Origin: Octopus sinensis
Lineage: Eukaryota
Assembly (NCBI RefSeq): GCF_006345805.1
Contig: NW_021832531.1
Span: forward strand, 1 to 64,000
Length of the DNA stretch: 64,000 nt
Direction of reading: 5' to 3'
This document shows positions 36,755-50,495 of this stretch, piece by piece. Each line of letters opens with the position of its first letter. Position 1 is the first letter of the stretch. The notes under the pieces are model-generated. The model saw only the letters and a list, made by a program, of their open reading frames with translations, ran no database searches and had not been told where the DNA came from. The position numbers and the translations under genes are program-made.

Positions 36755-37885
36755 ATGGCCGACCAACTGAAAGAACTAATCGCTCAGAAAAGACAGCAAT
36801 ATGAGTCCATTTCGAGTGTATAATTAAATATATATTCCAGGGAAATAGAAAACGCTTTATGAAGCGTTCAGAAATAATGTTGGGTGAGCAGACGGCCGAC
36901 CAAGTGACGAGTGCAGATTCGTCCCAACCAGACACTCAAACAATCGACCCGAATGTTGTCCTCCGTGGTTACCCATCGGAGGAGGTGCGTCTGAAGCCTT
37001 CCATTCCGCGGAAAGAAGTAATAAGAAGACTGCGTGAAATGAACGAGCCAATCATCCTCTTCGGGGAGAGCGAATACGACGCCTTCTACAGACTCAGGAA
37101 ACTGGAAATAGCCGCCCCCGACATGGATATGGTGAGTGTGTCCTCTCACTCTCAGGTCTATCAAAATGACTTCAAGGAAGCCATGGCGAGAGTGCAGGAG
37201 GACTATTTGAAGGAGGGTTCCGAAGGGTCCTCGACTTCCTCAGCCGCAGTCAACCCTCTGACTAATCGGACAATCAACTACTTTGTGGTGAGTATTACTA
37301 AATAATGTGAGGAATTGCGGGATACCCTCAACATCCGCCGGGGGGAGGCTGTCAGTTCAGTCCAGTCCAAATTGGTGGCCGACTACTTGCAAGTACTATT
37401 TGAGTGATGTTTAGTTTATTCTGTTTCGGTGGGGGGACGATCTGGCGAGGAGGACTCACGTGGAGAAGATGAGTGCGGAGGGAAAGAAGTTGAGTGCAAT
37501 CCACCGACAGACCATCGAATACCTCCGTCCACTCTTCAAGATGCTGAGGAATGAGACCCTCAATGTCGATATTCTGGAAGGACTCGTCAATGTGGTCAGA
37601 CACTTGATCGACCGAAATTACATTAAGGTTGTGGGTGGTTTAATGCAGGCGAATGACGTGTACTTGGAGATTGCCATCGGGAATGCCCCCTGGCCCATTG
37701 GAGTCACCATGGTCGGCATACACGCCCGGCCTGGCAGGGAAAAGGTGTCGTCTAAATACGTGGCTCATGTCCTCAACGACGAGACTCAGAGAAAGTTTCT
37801 GCAGGCCGTCAAGCGACTGATGACGCAGAACCAGGAGTTTTATTCCACCTTCCCCCACCGCAGTGTTAATTACATTAAAAAATAG
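36755..37885 (+). CDS. PRPF18: Pre-mRNA splicing factor 18
   Basis: EVIRRLREMNEPIILFGE (PRP4-like motif); IAIGNAPWPIGVTMVGIHARPGREK...HVLNDETQRKF. Confidence 0.97.
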
Positions 37886-38049
37886 ACTTGTTTATTTAAT
37901 GCTTTTTATTCGACATTGAAGGCTTTCTACTCTTTTGGACTTGCAGTTCACTTTGGAGATGTTACTCTTAAACAATTGGTGTGGACAGGTACAATTATGC
38001 ACAAATTCTCAAGAAATAACAAAATAGCGAATTAAAAAGTTAAATATAT

Positions 38050-40380
38050 TTAGGTGTAAAATCTGTGTGATTTGCTGCCATTTATTAGTAGACTGGCGTA
38101 TCTAATAAAACATAAATATGCCCCCAGAAAAGCATTGAGGACCGCAAAAAGAAACTGAATCACAGCCGAGTGAGTGTATTTGAAAGAAAAGCCAAAAATC
38201 CAAGTGAATCCTACAAATTTCTGCATCAAGCAATACCAAATAGAAAGAATAAACTAAAAATCAGAAAGCATTCTTTGTATTTTATAGAATCGTGGAATGT
38301 ATATGTTCTATTCTTCCTTTGATGTCGGATCAAGTTGAATATGATAAAAATGAAAATCGTGAGATTAATGGCCAGACAAATGGAAATAGGGAGATATATG
38401 CCAATATATAACGGAACCCCATCGAGCCAGCAGCTTTGCATTAATAAAATATAAAAACATTTTATCGTGAAGGTAAATTCGCCAATCAACTGCAGATATA
38501 ATCAAAGGTGGAATCAACGGGAGCCCTACGAAATGAAAATCATTCGGGATCACCCCAAGAGGAAAATACTGCAATTGTATAAAAATGTTCGGGAAAGCTT
38601 CCAAAGACTTTTACAAACAAGTAATAAAAGAATATTCCCTCGACAGTCATCCACATGAAAACACTTAGCAGAGAATAGTGCAGTAAAAATCCCACAAGGC
38701 CGCAGCTTCTATTTTTCCCAAATTCCAATCCGAAAGCAAAGATTAAATTCATTAAAAAAATTGCAGCCGATAAGTTAAAGAATAGTTTAAATGAATACGA
38801 GTTTTTTAGTTTCCTATTCTTTATTCAATACGTCATTTACCTCCAATTTATTAATGAATAAGTAATCGAGACGAGTTGCATAATCATGGAAATTGCGAGG
38901 CCTACGTATGTGAATGTGTCTATCCATTTGGGTCCTTTCAGTGATGGATCCTGTTTTAAAATTAATACTCAGCCATACGAAAATGATTCCAAAATTAGTC
39001 AAATGGGAGCAATTACAAACAATTCCAATTTCTGTCAACTCAGTCGTACAACCATTTGATTCCCAGGTTCTGGTTGTCAAATTTAAATAAACGCATTTCC
39101 CGTATTTAGAAACAGCTAATTGTCGAAGAAACGGCAATACTTTGGTTAAATGTTATACTAAAGTTGAAATTTGTGACAGGGGTGTCATTCAGGGATATTC
39201 CGACAACGTCCGAAAGCAAATTTTCGTTATTAAAATCTTTGAAAACATCCTTGTTTGTCCAATAGACAGCAGAGAGCTTAAAATTGTCAAAATCTATGTA
39301 AATTGAAATATTTATCACCGTTCACAAATTTCTCCAAAACAGGACTTTGAAATGCTACATTAATATTCGTTTGATTTGATTCTAAACTAGGATTTAGTCG
39401 TGTCCCGTTAACAACAGACACGACTGCGACAAAGTTTGAATAGACCATGCGGGTTTCGGGAGAGTCGGCTATTGATGTCAGTACTTTTGGAATAGTTTGT
39501 AGAAATCTAGTTAAATTTTGAGAAAACAAAACTTAATTTCAATTGGCGGAAATTTGTTCGACTTTAAATCTTGTGTTGAGTAATTTAAATATTTGTTAAA
39601 TTGAAGTAAAACTTGATCAGCTTCTGTGATTGAAATATTTTGATAGGATTTTACTATATCCAGAAAATTATTTATATTTTCCATTTCCTAAAACTCAGCC
39701 TGTAGCAAATACAGATGTGTAATTGATCTGTGCTGCTGAATAATCCAAGAACACAATTTGCTTCCGCCCCAGCAGATCTAACACACATTTTACCATCTTC
39801 GTCTGATTTTTGTATTCGGCATCATTGCCAGTTTTGCATTCTGAGACAATTCCAACATCAAGCCAATATATGTTTGGACAAAATTTATTAATTTTTTTGC
39901 AGTTTGATTCTGTGTGAAGACTCTTGTTATATCGGACTATGTAAGCCGTTTTCTTCACCGAACAATTCATTGGATGTAAAACTTCGTTTTTATAATAAAG
40001 GCAGACTTGTATTGTATAATTCTCTCTAAAATGATTTTTATGAAATCGGAACTGTCCATAATGCTTGTAGTAAATATGATTGTACATGAACTCGTCGTCG
40101 TCGAAATAATCAAACCATTTTGATTCATGTTTGAATTTAAACTTTCCAACCCATCCTTCGTCTACAATATTTATGTTTCTCACAAACAAGCATGAAAATT
40201 ATTTAATAATGCATTCAACTCCCTCTGGTTGGTGATAGGTTTTGTTTGATTGGAGTCGTGATGATTCATATACTCAAACCAGGTGACATTAGAGATCATA
40301 GTATAGTCTTGAAACATTTCATTTGCAAACATTAAACCTGATTTGTCCAGCAAAACAGTCGACAACAATAATATTAACAT
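38050..40380 (-). CDS. Adhesion GPCR (GAIN/GPS plus secretin-type 7TM)
   Basis: Signal-like start MLILLLSTVLL; GPS motif CVYLNLTTRTWESNGC...CNCSHLTNFGIIF; LHYSLLSVFMWMTVEG (TM3); CWL; LNAFLG (TM7). Confidence 0.9.
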
Positions 40381-41284
40381 TCTATAAGCAGCGGAAATTT
40401 TGACATTATATATACAGAAACCGCATTATAACAAATAAACCACAAATAAATCGTATTAGTTTAGAAAAGCAATTTCTTGGAACTGCCAACATACGAGGAT
40501 TTACATCTGTACTTAAATTCACATTTTTAAATTACAAAACTAATCAAATCGACTTGTTTTTCATACCCGCTTTGTCTAATAACAATATCAGAACTCATCT
40601 TCATGTATTGACATGAATTGGAGATTTTTACAATTACTTAAATAAAAATAAGGGGAAATTATTTAATGAATATCGAAAACAGATAAACTTGCTGAGAAGA
40701 TTAAAATAAGCTGACGGACTTAGCGCATTACAGGAGGTTTCAATAACATTAAAAGTTAACTTTTGAAGTAATCACCATTGAGACAACTCATTGGATTATT
40801 TACGAAATAAATGAATTCTTCTGAAACATAAAACTGTGTTGAAATTAATGAATTTTTGTAGGAATAGTGTACACTAACCATGTTTTAGAACAACCAGAAT
40901 TCCAAGACATATCTCCTCAGGGTAGGAAATATGTCCGGAAATAATGCCGACAATGTCAGAAATCCAAGAATTTATTAGAAATCTTGTATAAACTTAAATT
41001 AATTCTAGCCTAGTATTAAACACCAAAATGGGTAAAGTAACTAAATATAAAAGATGTGGTTAAAGAGAGTAATTAAAATTACCACAACATAAACCAAAAC
41101 CTAAATCCAATAAAAATCAAGTTTTAAAAAAAGAAAGAAAAATAAATCCGAGTGTTTAATTACTTGGAAAAATACTTTAAGACTCGAAAAACGAACGTTT
41201 TACTTTCCTAGTTTTAACATGAATAACAGAGAATTCCAAGTCGATTAAAATTATGTGACAGTTTGACACTTTTGCGTCATCATG

Positions 41285-41580
41285 TTTTCCTGCGTCTTCG
41301 ATCAAAGCCGGCGCAGGGGCGACGAAGACGGAGGCCCGAAAAATCTGAAAAATACGAATCCCTCGTTGGCAGATTCATTTTTGAATCAGTGTAAGTCAAA
41401 ACGTCTGGTACGCTTGGACTCTTCGTTATCTCACCTAGAGAGGCTGCCACCTCAGAAGAATTAGAAACTACCCCCCGCGAGCTCAACCGGCTCTTTGAGC
41501 ATGTCTCAATAGCCGTTCTCAGGGGAACAGTTTCTCAATTCTCTTTGCGGGTAGTCTCTGATCGCCTTTTTTGTTTATTT
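41285..41580 (+). mobile_element. Degraded 3' end of a CRE-like RLE retrotransposon
   Basis: EARKI*, KYESL, TSGTLG and PRELNRLFEHVSIAVLRG parallel the C-terminus of the 61.3-62.9 kb element (EERKILKY, ESSGIFG, PREFSWLLERLSIAVIRGN). Confidence 0.8.
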
Positions 41581-42799
41581 TCATTACCGTTGAATAATTT
41601 CAATCTAAAAAACGTTTTCAATTTGGCTAGTTGAATCATAAAATTTATTTAAGCGGTTCTTTGTCTTGTAGTAATGAAAATCTCCCCTCAATGCTTTTCT
41701 TAGTTCCCTCTTACCTTTCTTATCTTTGGCCGATTCGGTCGCATTTCATTTATGGAGGTTCAGGAAGTCGCATGGGCATATTTTGAAAATTCTTCAAAAC
41801 ACTTGCAGAAAACTCCCGAGGTCGCCGATTACACTTCCTCAAGTTCTAAATAAATGCAGTGAGATGAAACTAAAGGATGGTGAAAAGAGGGTGGTTATGT
41901 CCACCCATGATTATTAGTTATTTTGAAATGAGAACACAATTTAAGGGAAATAGAAAACGATTAACTTTCCCTGCATTGAAACAGAATATTGCATAGAACA
42001 GTCAAATTAATACACAAATACTGTTAATTAGAATATTAACACTAATTTTTGAAAATATACTGAAGTGAGTAGAAGGCCAGCATTAAAATGATGACGACTA
42101 CGCAAATGACAAAATAGAAGAGGGTTCTGCTGCGGTAATTCGATAGAGAATACTCCCGCGGACCCCCGGAGACCTCGAATTATTATTATCCTCAAACCAC
42201 GTATATTGGGGTCATTGGCTGGGTGGAAACGTGTTTGGGAGGTGTTATTTTTATGTTTTCCTCATAACTTGGAGGTTCCATTTAGATCTTGCTAATAATA
42301 CACCATAAGCAAACATACGTCAATAATTACAGCCACAATATTCAAATAATAAATTTATTAAATTTATGAATTTTCGTTAACCTTAATAAAAACTAGTATA
42401 TTATTTTTAATCTAAATTTTTTGGAGTAGCTATGGTTCCACGAAAACTGGACTCTCAGTTTGAGATGTGGGGTACCTTCTCGCTTAATGCTACTATTCAC
42501 GTAACAACAAAAAGACCTCAAATATTTTCCCATCAGTGATCATCTGATTCGCTCCTGGTGGCTACTGACCGTGGACACAACCGTTGTTTGTGCTCTCTGG
42601 TGACATTGAATCAAATCCAGAACATCATTTGCTTACTATCAGGCAACCTAATGGTCTTTATCACAACTTAACCCCCTCTCTTGTGGCTCAATCCTGTTTT
42701 AGTAACGAAACAATCGTAAGTTTGTTAAGGTTAGTAGTAATTCCCGACGAGTACTTATTAGCCCATTAAAAGTCAAAAAAGCGAAGAACAACATCAGAA

Positions 42800-43400
42800 A
42801 TTGACTAAACTGCCACAGGAAATTTGTCAAGCAAGCTCAGAAAGTATCTGAGATAAATCTCCGACAGGTAGAAATGAGATTGTCTTTGTTAGAATTGATT
42901 TATTCATGTTTAGAAAAAAGATTTGAGTAAAATTAGCACAGAAAAGGCAAGGAATGCAGAGAGTAACCTGAAAAGTGTCAAAGACCGTGAAAGAGATATT
43001 TTAGTGATTGCGAAAAAACTGGAATTATCAAGAAAAGTTGCTATTGAGAACCGAATTGATGCCTTGGTGAGTTTTGTAGATTCGAGGACAGGTGGATCCA
43101 AGCACAAAAGTAATATGCGTCACTTTATTGGTTCAGATTTTGCAGGTATTAAATACTCAGAATTATTTTTTAGAATTTTCATGAAGAAGGCAAGTGAGCC
43201 ATTTGGACAACTTTTTTGATGAATTGATAAATGCAATTGTTCGATTTTTTCGACTGAACATAACGCTGCTTATGAACAGGTGACTTATTTTTTATTAATA
43301 ACTTTTTTGTTGAGAAAATGATTATAAGCATTTATATGAAACCCATAAAGGTTTCTTCTTGGATAGAAGTCTTTAATAGCTCAGCTTTTACTTTGTCGGT
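42800..43400 (+). CDS. Possible small coiled-coil gene convergent with RTTN
   Basis: Frame KDLSKISTEKARNAESNLKSVKDRERDIL...RIDAL with candidate tiny introns; downstream frames are not consistent. Confidence 0.35.
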
Positions 43401-43465
43401 ATCGTCAAAGGAAATTAACAATTGATACATTTATTCAAAAATATTCAAAAAGGCATGTAAATTAA

Positions 43466-46400
43466 CTAAACTTCTAAACACGAAAGTGCGATATCCAGCT
43501 GGTCGAATAACTGTTCATTGTTGCACGATTCACAACATTCCCGCAGGACTTGATCAAATCCCCTGGCTTTTAAAATTGCTCTGACCTACAAATTGAAATA
43601 TTTCGATTACTTTTTGTGTTTTATGTGTCAGGTGTACGATAATAGAACAAGCTACCATCTGAACTATGCTTTCCCCACACTGTAGCCATCGACGAATAAG
43701 CGTATAGAACTCATCTTCAACGTCTCAAAACAAAACAAGAAACCCAAAGACAGCAAAATGTTTTTAGCAGTTCCAACAAAACAGATATTTCTGGTGATTA
43801 TGGCAATATTATAGACACTCCTCCCGACACCGTCAATGGATGTTCCCATCGCAGAATTTACTAAAGATTCGACCACGTCTATTCACCAGTTTAGAATTAT
43901 ACAATACCGTTATCTCGGATGAGCATAGATAGGCCATCCTTAAAAAATGAAATATTTCGAATTAAGTCAATCCACAGTCTTTCGAAGACTGGCGATATTT
44001 TATTTTTTGAAACGCGGTTTAAACTTGAAAAAAACATTTCCATCAAGTTAGACTGTAAAAATGATGCAAATCACAAACTTTTCGAATAGCCAGTCTACAA
44101 CTAGAATTAACAGAAACGTTGGCTAAGACTCTGAAACAAGCCAGGACGTGGTCTTTTCCCATCTCGTCGGCACGAGTCTTACGGACAAGCTGAATGCACA
44201 AATTTACACAAGAAATGTCGTTGTTTAGACCACCAATAGCAGTCAAACTTTCTGCGCCTAAGTCGGGTGATTCAAAATATTTTACAGCGGGGATTACGAT
44301 GAGTGTAGTTTAGCAAAAAACCGAGAATTGGGTGAAGGAGGGGTTCCCAGAGTGACGCATAGTCCCACATATTAATGATGGAATAAACGAAATTCAATTC
44401 ACATAATCTATTTTGAACGTAATCGGCATCGTATGTAAAATTTTGTAGAACTTGCATTAAAGCGACGAGGTTGTTGCATAATATTATCAACTAAAAATAA
44501 ATAGGGAGTTCAAAACACCTTTTTGGACTTTGTTTGCAAATTTTCGTAAGTTAAATGATTCACAGTTATTTGAACGTGTTCGACTAATCGGTCTACCAAA
44601 TCGTCTGAATCAGTTCATTTTACAACGAAATAACCTTCGAATGCAATTTGACAGCTAATGGAAGAACAGCCCAGTATTAGTTTGAGCGATCCGTGCAAAA
44701 GTGGGGAAATTACTTCGTTATTTGGAATTCTTTTAGTCTTGGAATAGATTTCCTCAAAAAGAGGGATGAAAACTGAAGTAAGAATATGTTTCCACGAATT
44801 GGAAAGCATAGCTGCTTCATTGAAGTAATGAACGAGATCTTTATATCCGGACTTGTAGGTCATGTAAACGTGTTTTAAGAATGAATAAACAAATTTTAAT
44901 GAAAGTGGAAATTGATCTGGACTTGCAACAGTCATTTTGAGACAATCTAAATAGTTTATTTCTAATATTTACCGAAAATGATGGCTAATTTCGGGATAAG
45001 TATTACATCGAGAACACACCATCCCCGAATCGGCTCCTTTTCAGTGAAAATATGTAAAAATTGGAAAATCGAACCAAAAAGTCTACATTTCACCTCATTT
45101 TGTAGTTCAAAGTCTTGATTTAAATTAAAAAGTAACCTTTAATTTCAAATATATTTACAACTGTGTTGAGAAATGAATTATTTTGAAAAATAGACTCGAC
45201 ACAGAAAGGATAGAGCTTCATTGCAGTACAGAGTAGATCTAAAACGTTTTCCACAAGTTCAAAGTGGAAGGTGAGTTGTTTCATTTCTACGTCTTTGACG
45301 AATTCATCTTCGCAAGTCAACATACTAATCACAGGAGATTATCAAAAAATTACGCAATGATTTTCTTCAAAAACTCAAGAGAAATATATTTTTCGAACAA
45401 GTGTGGATTCTGGAACATGAGGGCACTCAAAAATCTGCAAATAGATCCGAGAAGTATTGGGTCAGAATTACCAAATTTCATAAAACATGTGAATTCGTCT
45501 AATATCATGAGGTCAAGTCTGAAAACCAGTGGAAAGGTGTTCTGGTGTAGACAGAGATTCGTAGTCTATTCGAGTCCTGATTCGCCACGGGAGCATGCAG
45601 TTGCATATGAGACTGTCGATCACATTAACCCATTTCATTTTGTCCATAATTCCATACAAAGCATCGAGACCAAATAAAGAATTCTGGATTAATTAGGTTT
45701 TATAACGTTACGTCCGAATTATCTCGAAAAACAGGCATTTGAACATTATTCTGGGCGGAGTCACCAAGACAGAGCATATTCTCCAAAATTCGAACAGCCT
45801 TCATTTCAAAGTCTAAAGATTTACTTGTTGTCTGACAATGGAAGACTCGAAAGAATCGTTGATTACACTCAAACAGGCGTTCCAAATACTTCCAAGAGAG
45901 AAACAAGCTGACGCTAAAGCATTTTGTCCATAGTTGCTTCTCGTTAGTATGACTCCGATTCCGAAAGAAGCACTTCGAGTCTGAAATTAGACTAAATTTC
46001 TAATGCCTGTTGATCCCGGATACTCCAAAGGGAAAGCAGCCATGACAAATCATTCATTTCTGGAGATTTCGGGTCTTTTTTGGTTAAAATTTCGACGATC
46101 TTACAAAAAATCTGCTAAGAATAGAGACAAAACCAACCACCTCATCACGATTTTGATTGACATGTGTAAGAATGTGTAACATAGAATAAACAGAATAGCG
46201 CAACACTCCATTGGCAATAAACGAAGCATTGTTTCCACACTTCTGCTCGAGGAATATGGTAATCACTTTTAAAAGGATTGATATAGAATCAACCAATCTG
46301 CCACAATTTGATAGGTTTAGTCTACTATATCAATAAACCGAATACTCCAATGTTAGCAAGGCCATGACTTGCACGATTTTTGAAATTTGGTGCATTTTAC

Positions 46401-49400
46401 ACTGAATCGAAGAAATCCAACATTCAAGTCTATCCAATAATATTTGGAAAAGATGAGATAAACACGCATCGTCATTTCTATTAAGTGAATACAAAATATG
46501 AACTCAGTGATTGATTTTCCATATAATTTCTTTAAAAATACATTAAGGGTGGTCAGAGTGTCAAGACATAGGTCACTAAAGAAATATAACACATCATCTA
46601 ACTCTTCTATTTCTCCCGAAAGTAGAAAACTGAGTATTTTGGTGAGATTGGTTGCATCGGAAAAAACTAAAATGTCGTTCCGTAAGAACTGGGTGAATAA
46701 TTTCAATATTTGTCGAATCATAAAAATGTCTTCTTCACTGCTGGGCAGCAATGTAAAAAATCTTAAATATTTCAATAAACTATGAACCTCATAAAAGAAC
46801 CAATCCACCCTTGTTCCAGTTCATAACCACATTTCGTAGCTGTCGACAGAAAAAGCTCTCCAATCAAGTTCATAACTTGGCTGTGATTTCTAGCTTGACT
46901 TATTCCATCCATATTCGACTGGAGAGTATGTCCAGTTATTGAATTATTAATCCAATTTATGTCTTCTGCCGTCAAGCTGAGCACTCCTTCGTTACTAGTA
47001 TAACATATAATTAAAATTTACGTGATTTGTTGATTTTTTATTGCGTCTATGAAGTTTGAAAAATTCCCTGCACATTGCGCATTCCACGAAATTCGAAGTC
47101 TACGAGAAATAGTGCTTTCGGTCATTATCTCAGAAGGAAGTAGAAAGTCAGAAGAAAAAGTGGATTTATAATTGACGCATTCTTCTTTAAAGTGAAATTT
47201 GAAGCTAAAATTAAACAAAGAATAATACCGGCGAGCCGTCATTTGGTGGACTCTAAATATTTTAGAATGGTCATGTTGAGAATTAAGCGTTGGAATACCA
47301 GCAAAAGCTAAAATCTGAATGACTTTGACAAGAGCATCGACTGCTCTGTTCACATTAAATTCGGAAATATTTTGGAGACAAAATAACACTAGGAGTAGAA
47401 CATTGACATGAACACATTTTAATATGCATTTGATTAGCTTTGTGTCTTTGTTTAGTTCAATTTTAAGATTCGTCTCGTCACTATAAAGAATTTCAAACAA
47501 AATCATTCCGTGACATTTTATTCTCCAAATATTCATCTAAAACAACAAATTATGATATACTTCATCCAATAGGACATCGTTTGATTTCAAGTAAGAAATC
47601 ACATCAGATAATCCGCCAATTGAAATAAAGGACAAATGATTGGACGATTCTTTATATTTTAAGAGCAACAAACCTTTTAAATATATTAACAATTGATTAA
47701 TAGCTGCAGTTCTCATTTCAATGTCCAGTCCTTCATTAATGAATATTTTATATAATTCAACAATGTCAGCATCCTAAATAAAAATTATTTTCACATAGAT
47801 AACTCCGTAGAGTAGTTCAGATGTTTTATTCTGGGCGTTCTCATAACATTGTCTCATAAATATTTTGTCCATGTTTTCCATCTCGATGGTTTCCTGATGT
47901 TTCCCTCCGTTGACAATAAGAAATAACGTTTCATGTGCTCTATGTCTAATTCTAACAGAATAGTAGGAAATTTAAACTTTGAATAAATCGAGAAGCTATA
48001 TCTTATGAATGCCAAAAAACGGTCATTTGCATACGAAACTTTGTCAGCAGAGTACAGGTGGTCAAAAATATTCTCAAGCAAGTCGGTTTCTGGTTCTGAG
48101 ATAGTCTAAGAGTGGAAATGGCAAACGAACTTGAATTATTGGTATCAACTTCCAAAAAGAAGGTGCAATTTCTAACAGAACTGGAGGTGAAATGACCAGA
48201 TCTGAATGTGTCAAAAGTGTAATTAGTTTGGTGGCAGATTCGACTATTTCAATCTCGTCGGATTCGAGTGCATTAAAACAGATTTCTCTAAGAATTTCAA
48301 AATCTGCCAAAAATCGAATATTTTTGGATTGTAGAACATTTCCCAATTCTGGGCCGAGTGAACTCTAAAATATTTCACAAAGTGTATTACTTGAGCAATC
48401 GAGAGACATTTTTGGAAAGAATATATTCGAGTGGAACGACAGGGAGAGACAAACAGAGTCCCAACAAGTGTTCTCATTCGCATTCCGATGTCCTGGTCAT
48501 AATTATCTGCAGAAAATCTAAATTTTTAGTGGTGAATATAAACATTGCTGAGGTCAATTCAAATATGTGACCGACGTATTCAGTGTGTTTATGGAATGCG
48601 TGACTCAGCTGAGAATGTTCGGCCAAAGAAACCATTTCTGTCAACGAAAAATCCTGAATTGAGACTTTCTAGACAAACCTGGTCTTTGAAACAAGACAAA
48701 AATTTATGGGTTGCACAAAACGAGAGGACTAGTTCCTCAGTTTCCCAGAATCGTTTAAATTCTGATGTCAAGTTAACTTGAATGATTTCCAAGCCTAGTT
48801 TCCTTATTGAAGGAACTGTATTTGCAATATATTCGTCATTGACGGCATGTAAAAAAGCCTGAACAACTGAGGCAGGAAGTCGATCGAACTGTGTGATCAC
48901 ATAGTGACAATATTACATATTTCCGCGACAAAGAAACATATAAAAACTTCTCCAGAACATTAATCAAATGGCAAAACATCATTCGATTAAATCGTGTTAG
49001 TGGTTCGTTCTGAATTGCTGGACATTTCGCCAATTTTTCGAGTGACCGACCAATGACGTCGCTCAAAGATATAATTTTGGCCGTCTATTTGTAAATAAAT
49101 TTGTGGAAGACAACAATTCGTCTCCCATCTTTGGAATTTGCCTTCCACAAATAATCCGAATCTTCGAGGATCAGTTCGAATAGTCGTATCGTCTTGATAG
49201 AAAGATTAAGCAGTGACGATGCAACAGTACGACTCACGATTAGACTAAATAAGGGAAAGCACCGGGAAAATGTTGTAAAAATAAATTCAACAATCGACAT
49301 TGGCTTCTCCTAGAATGAGGAAGACAAGTTTAATACTCTCATTTCAGACATGTCATCGTTGATCATGTCGTCAAAGTCCTCTTGGGTGTTCCTAATGCAC

Positions 49401-50435
49401 ATAATTTAACCAAAATACTTTTTAGTGTGGAAATGTTTTATTTTGGGAGTTACTATGAACGCTAAACATTATCAAAATAAACTAACAGTCTTTACAACTC
49501 AAACAAGAGGCGTCGAAGAAGGTGTTGATTCTGCAGTGCAGACATGTCACGAAAATGTCGAGAGCTCCTAAAATTGGTTGAATTGTGGCCGAAGATGATG
49601 ATTTGGTAGGCATGAGCCGATCCAGGAAATTCTTAAACTGTTTTATAGCCAACAACCTTGACAATCGTTGGCCTGTTTAAAAATATTTCTGCAGGGAAAT
49701 CAGACAACGCAGCATTGGCGAAGACATTGCAACTGGTTATGAGATCTCTGTCATCCTTAAAAATGAGTCTGAGATTGCGTCACAAATATCACTACTTTTC
49801 AATGGCGGCAAGCACATTCCTGTCCTGCCTGCAAAGAGGCAGCCACGGAAAATAGTTGAATTTAATAAATGTATGATTTTCTGTGGGTTTATTCGCATTT
49901 TCATTGCCAATTTCATTTCCAGACTGCTCTACGATGTGCCTGAAAGGACTATTTTCCTGAGAGGGAGACGAGTTGGAAGCTAAAAATGCAGAGGCCGGCA
50001 TTATTACCGACTGTCGACTGGTCGGATATGCTTTTGCTGCTGAGTTTTTCGATTATTTCGTCAATGATCACAATCAAGTTGGTAGGAAGATGTTTTTTAA
50101 GAGACAATAAAAATTCGAGACCTCCAATCTGTCGGAAATAAACCAGGGTCTCGTCGAACTGTTGGAATGCCAGGACCAAAGTACCTTTGAAAGTCGAGAT
50201 ATCAGAAGAATGACTTGAAGTTGGTTGGGAACAGTATCAAAATTAAACCACTCGAGTAATTTTTTGAGTACGACATTCCCTATAAGCAATTCACTTTCAG
50301 TTATTAGTTCATGTTGCAATTTGAACTCGATGTTGCGCAAAGCACGAGTCCTGATCTCGACCAAAGGGTGCCCTGAGAGAATCGGACGTCAGCAATACCC
50401 AATTTGTTGATTATTTGCGACAAACTAGAAGCCAT
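43466..50435 (-). CDS. RTTN: Rotatin (centriole/basal body protein)
   Basis: N-terminus IINKLGHPLVEIRTRALRNIEFKL...LLEWFNF matches RTTN; ARM/HEAT-like exons over 7 kb; C-terminus THKTQKVRAILK...LSCLEV*. Confidence 0.88.
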
Positions 50436-50495
50436 AAAGACGGTGGTATCTTGGCGACAATTGTGCTATTATTTATTACAAATAACAAATATTTA

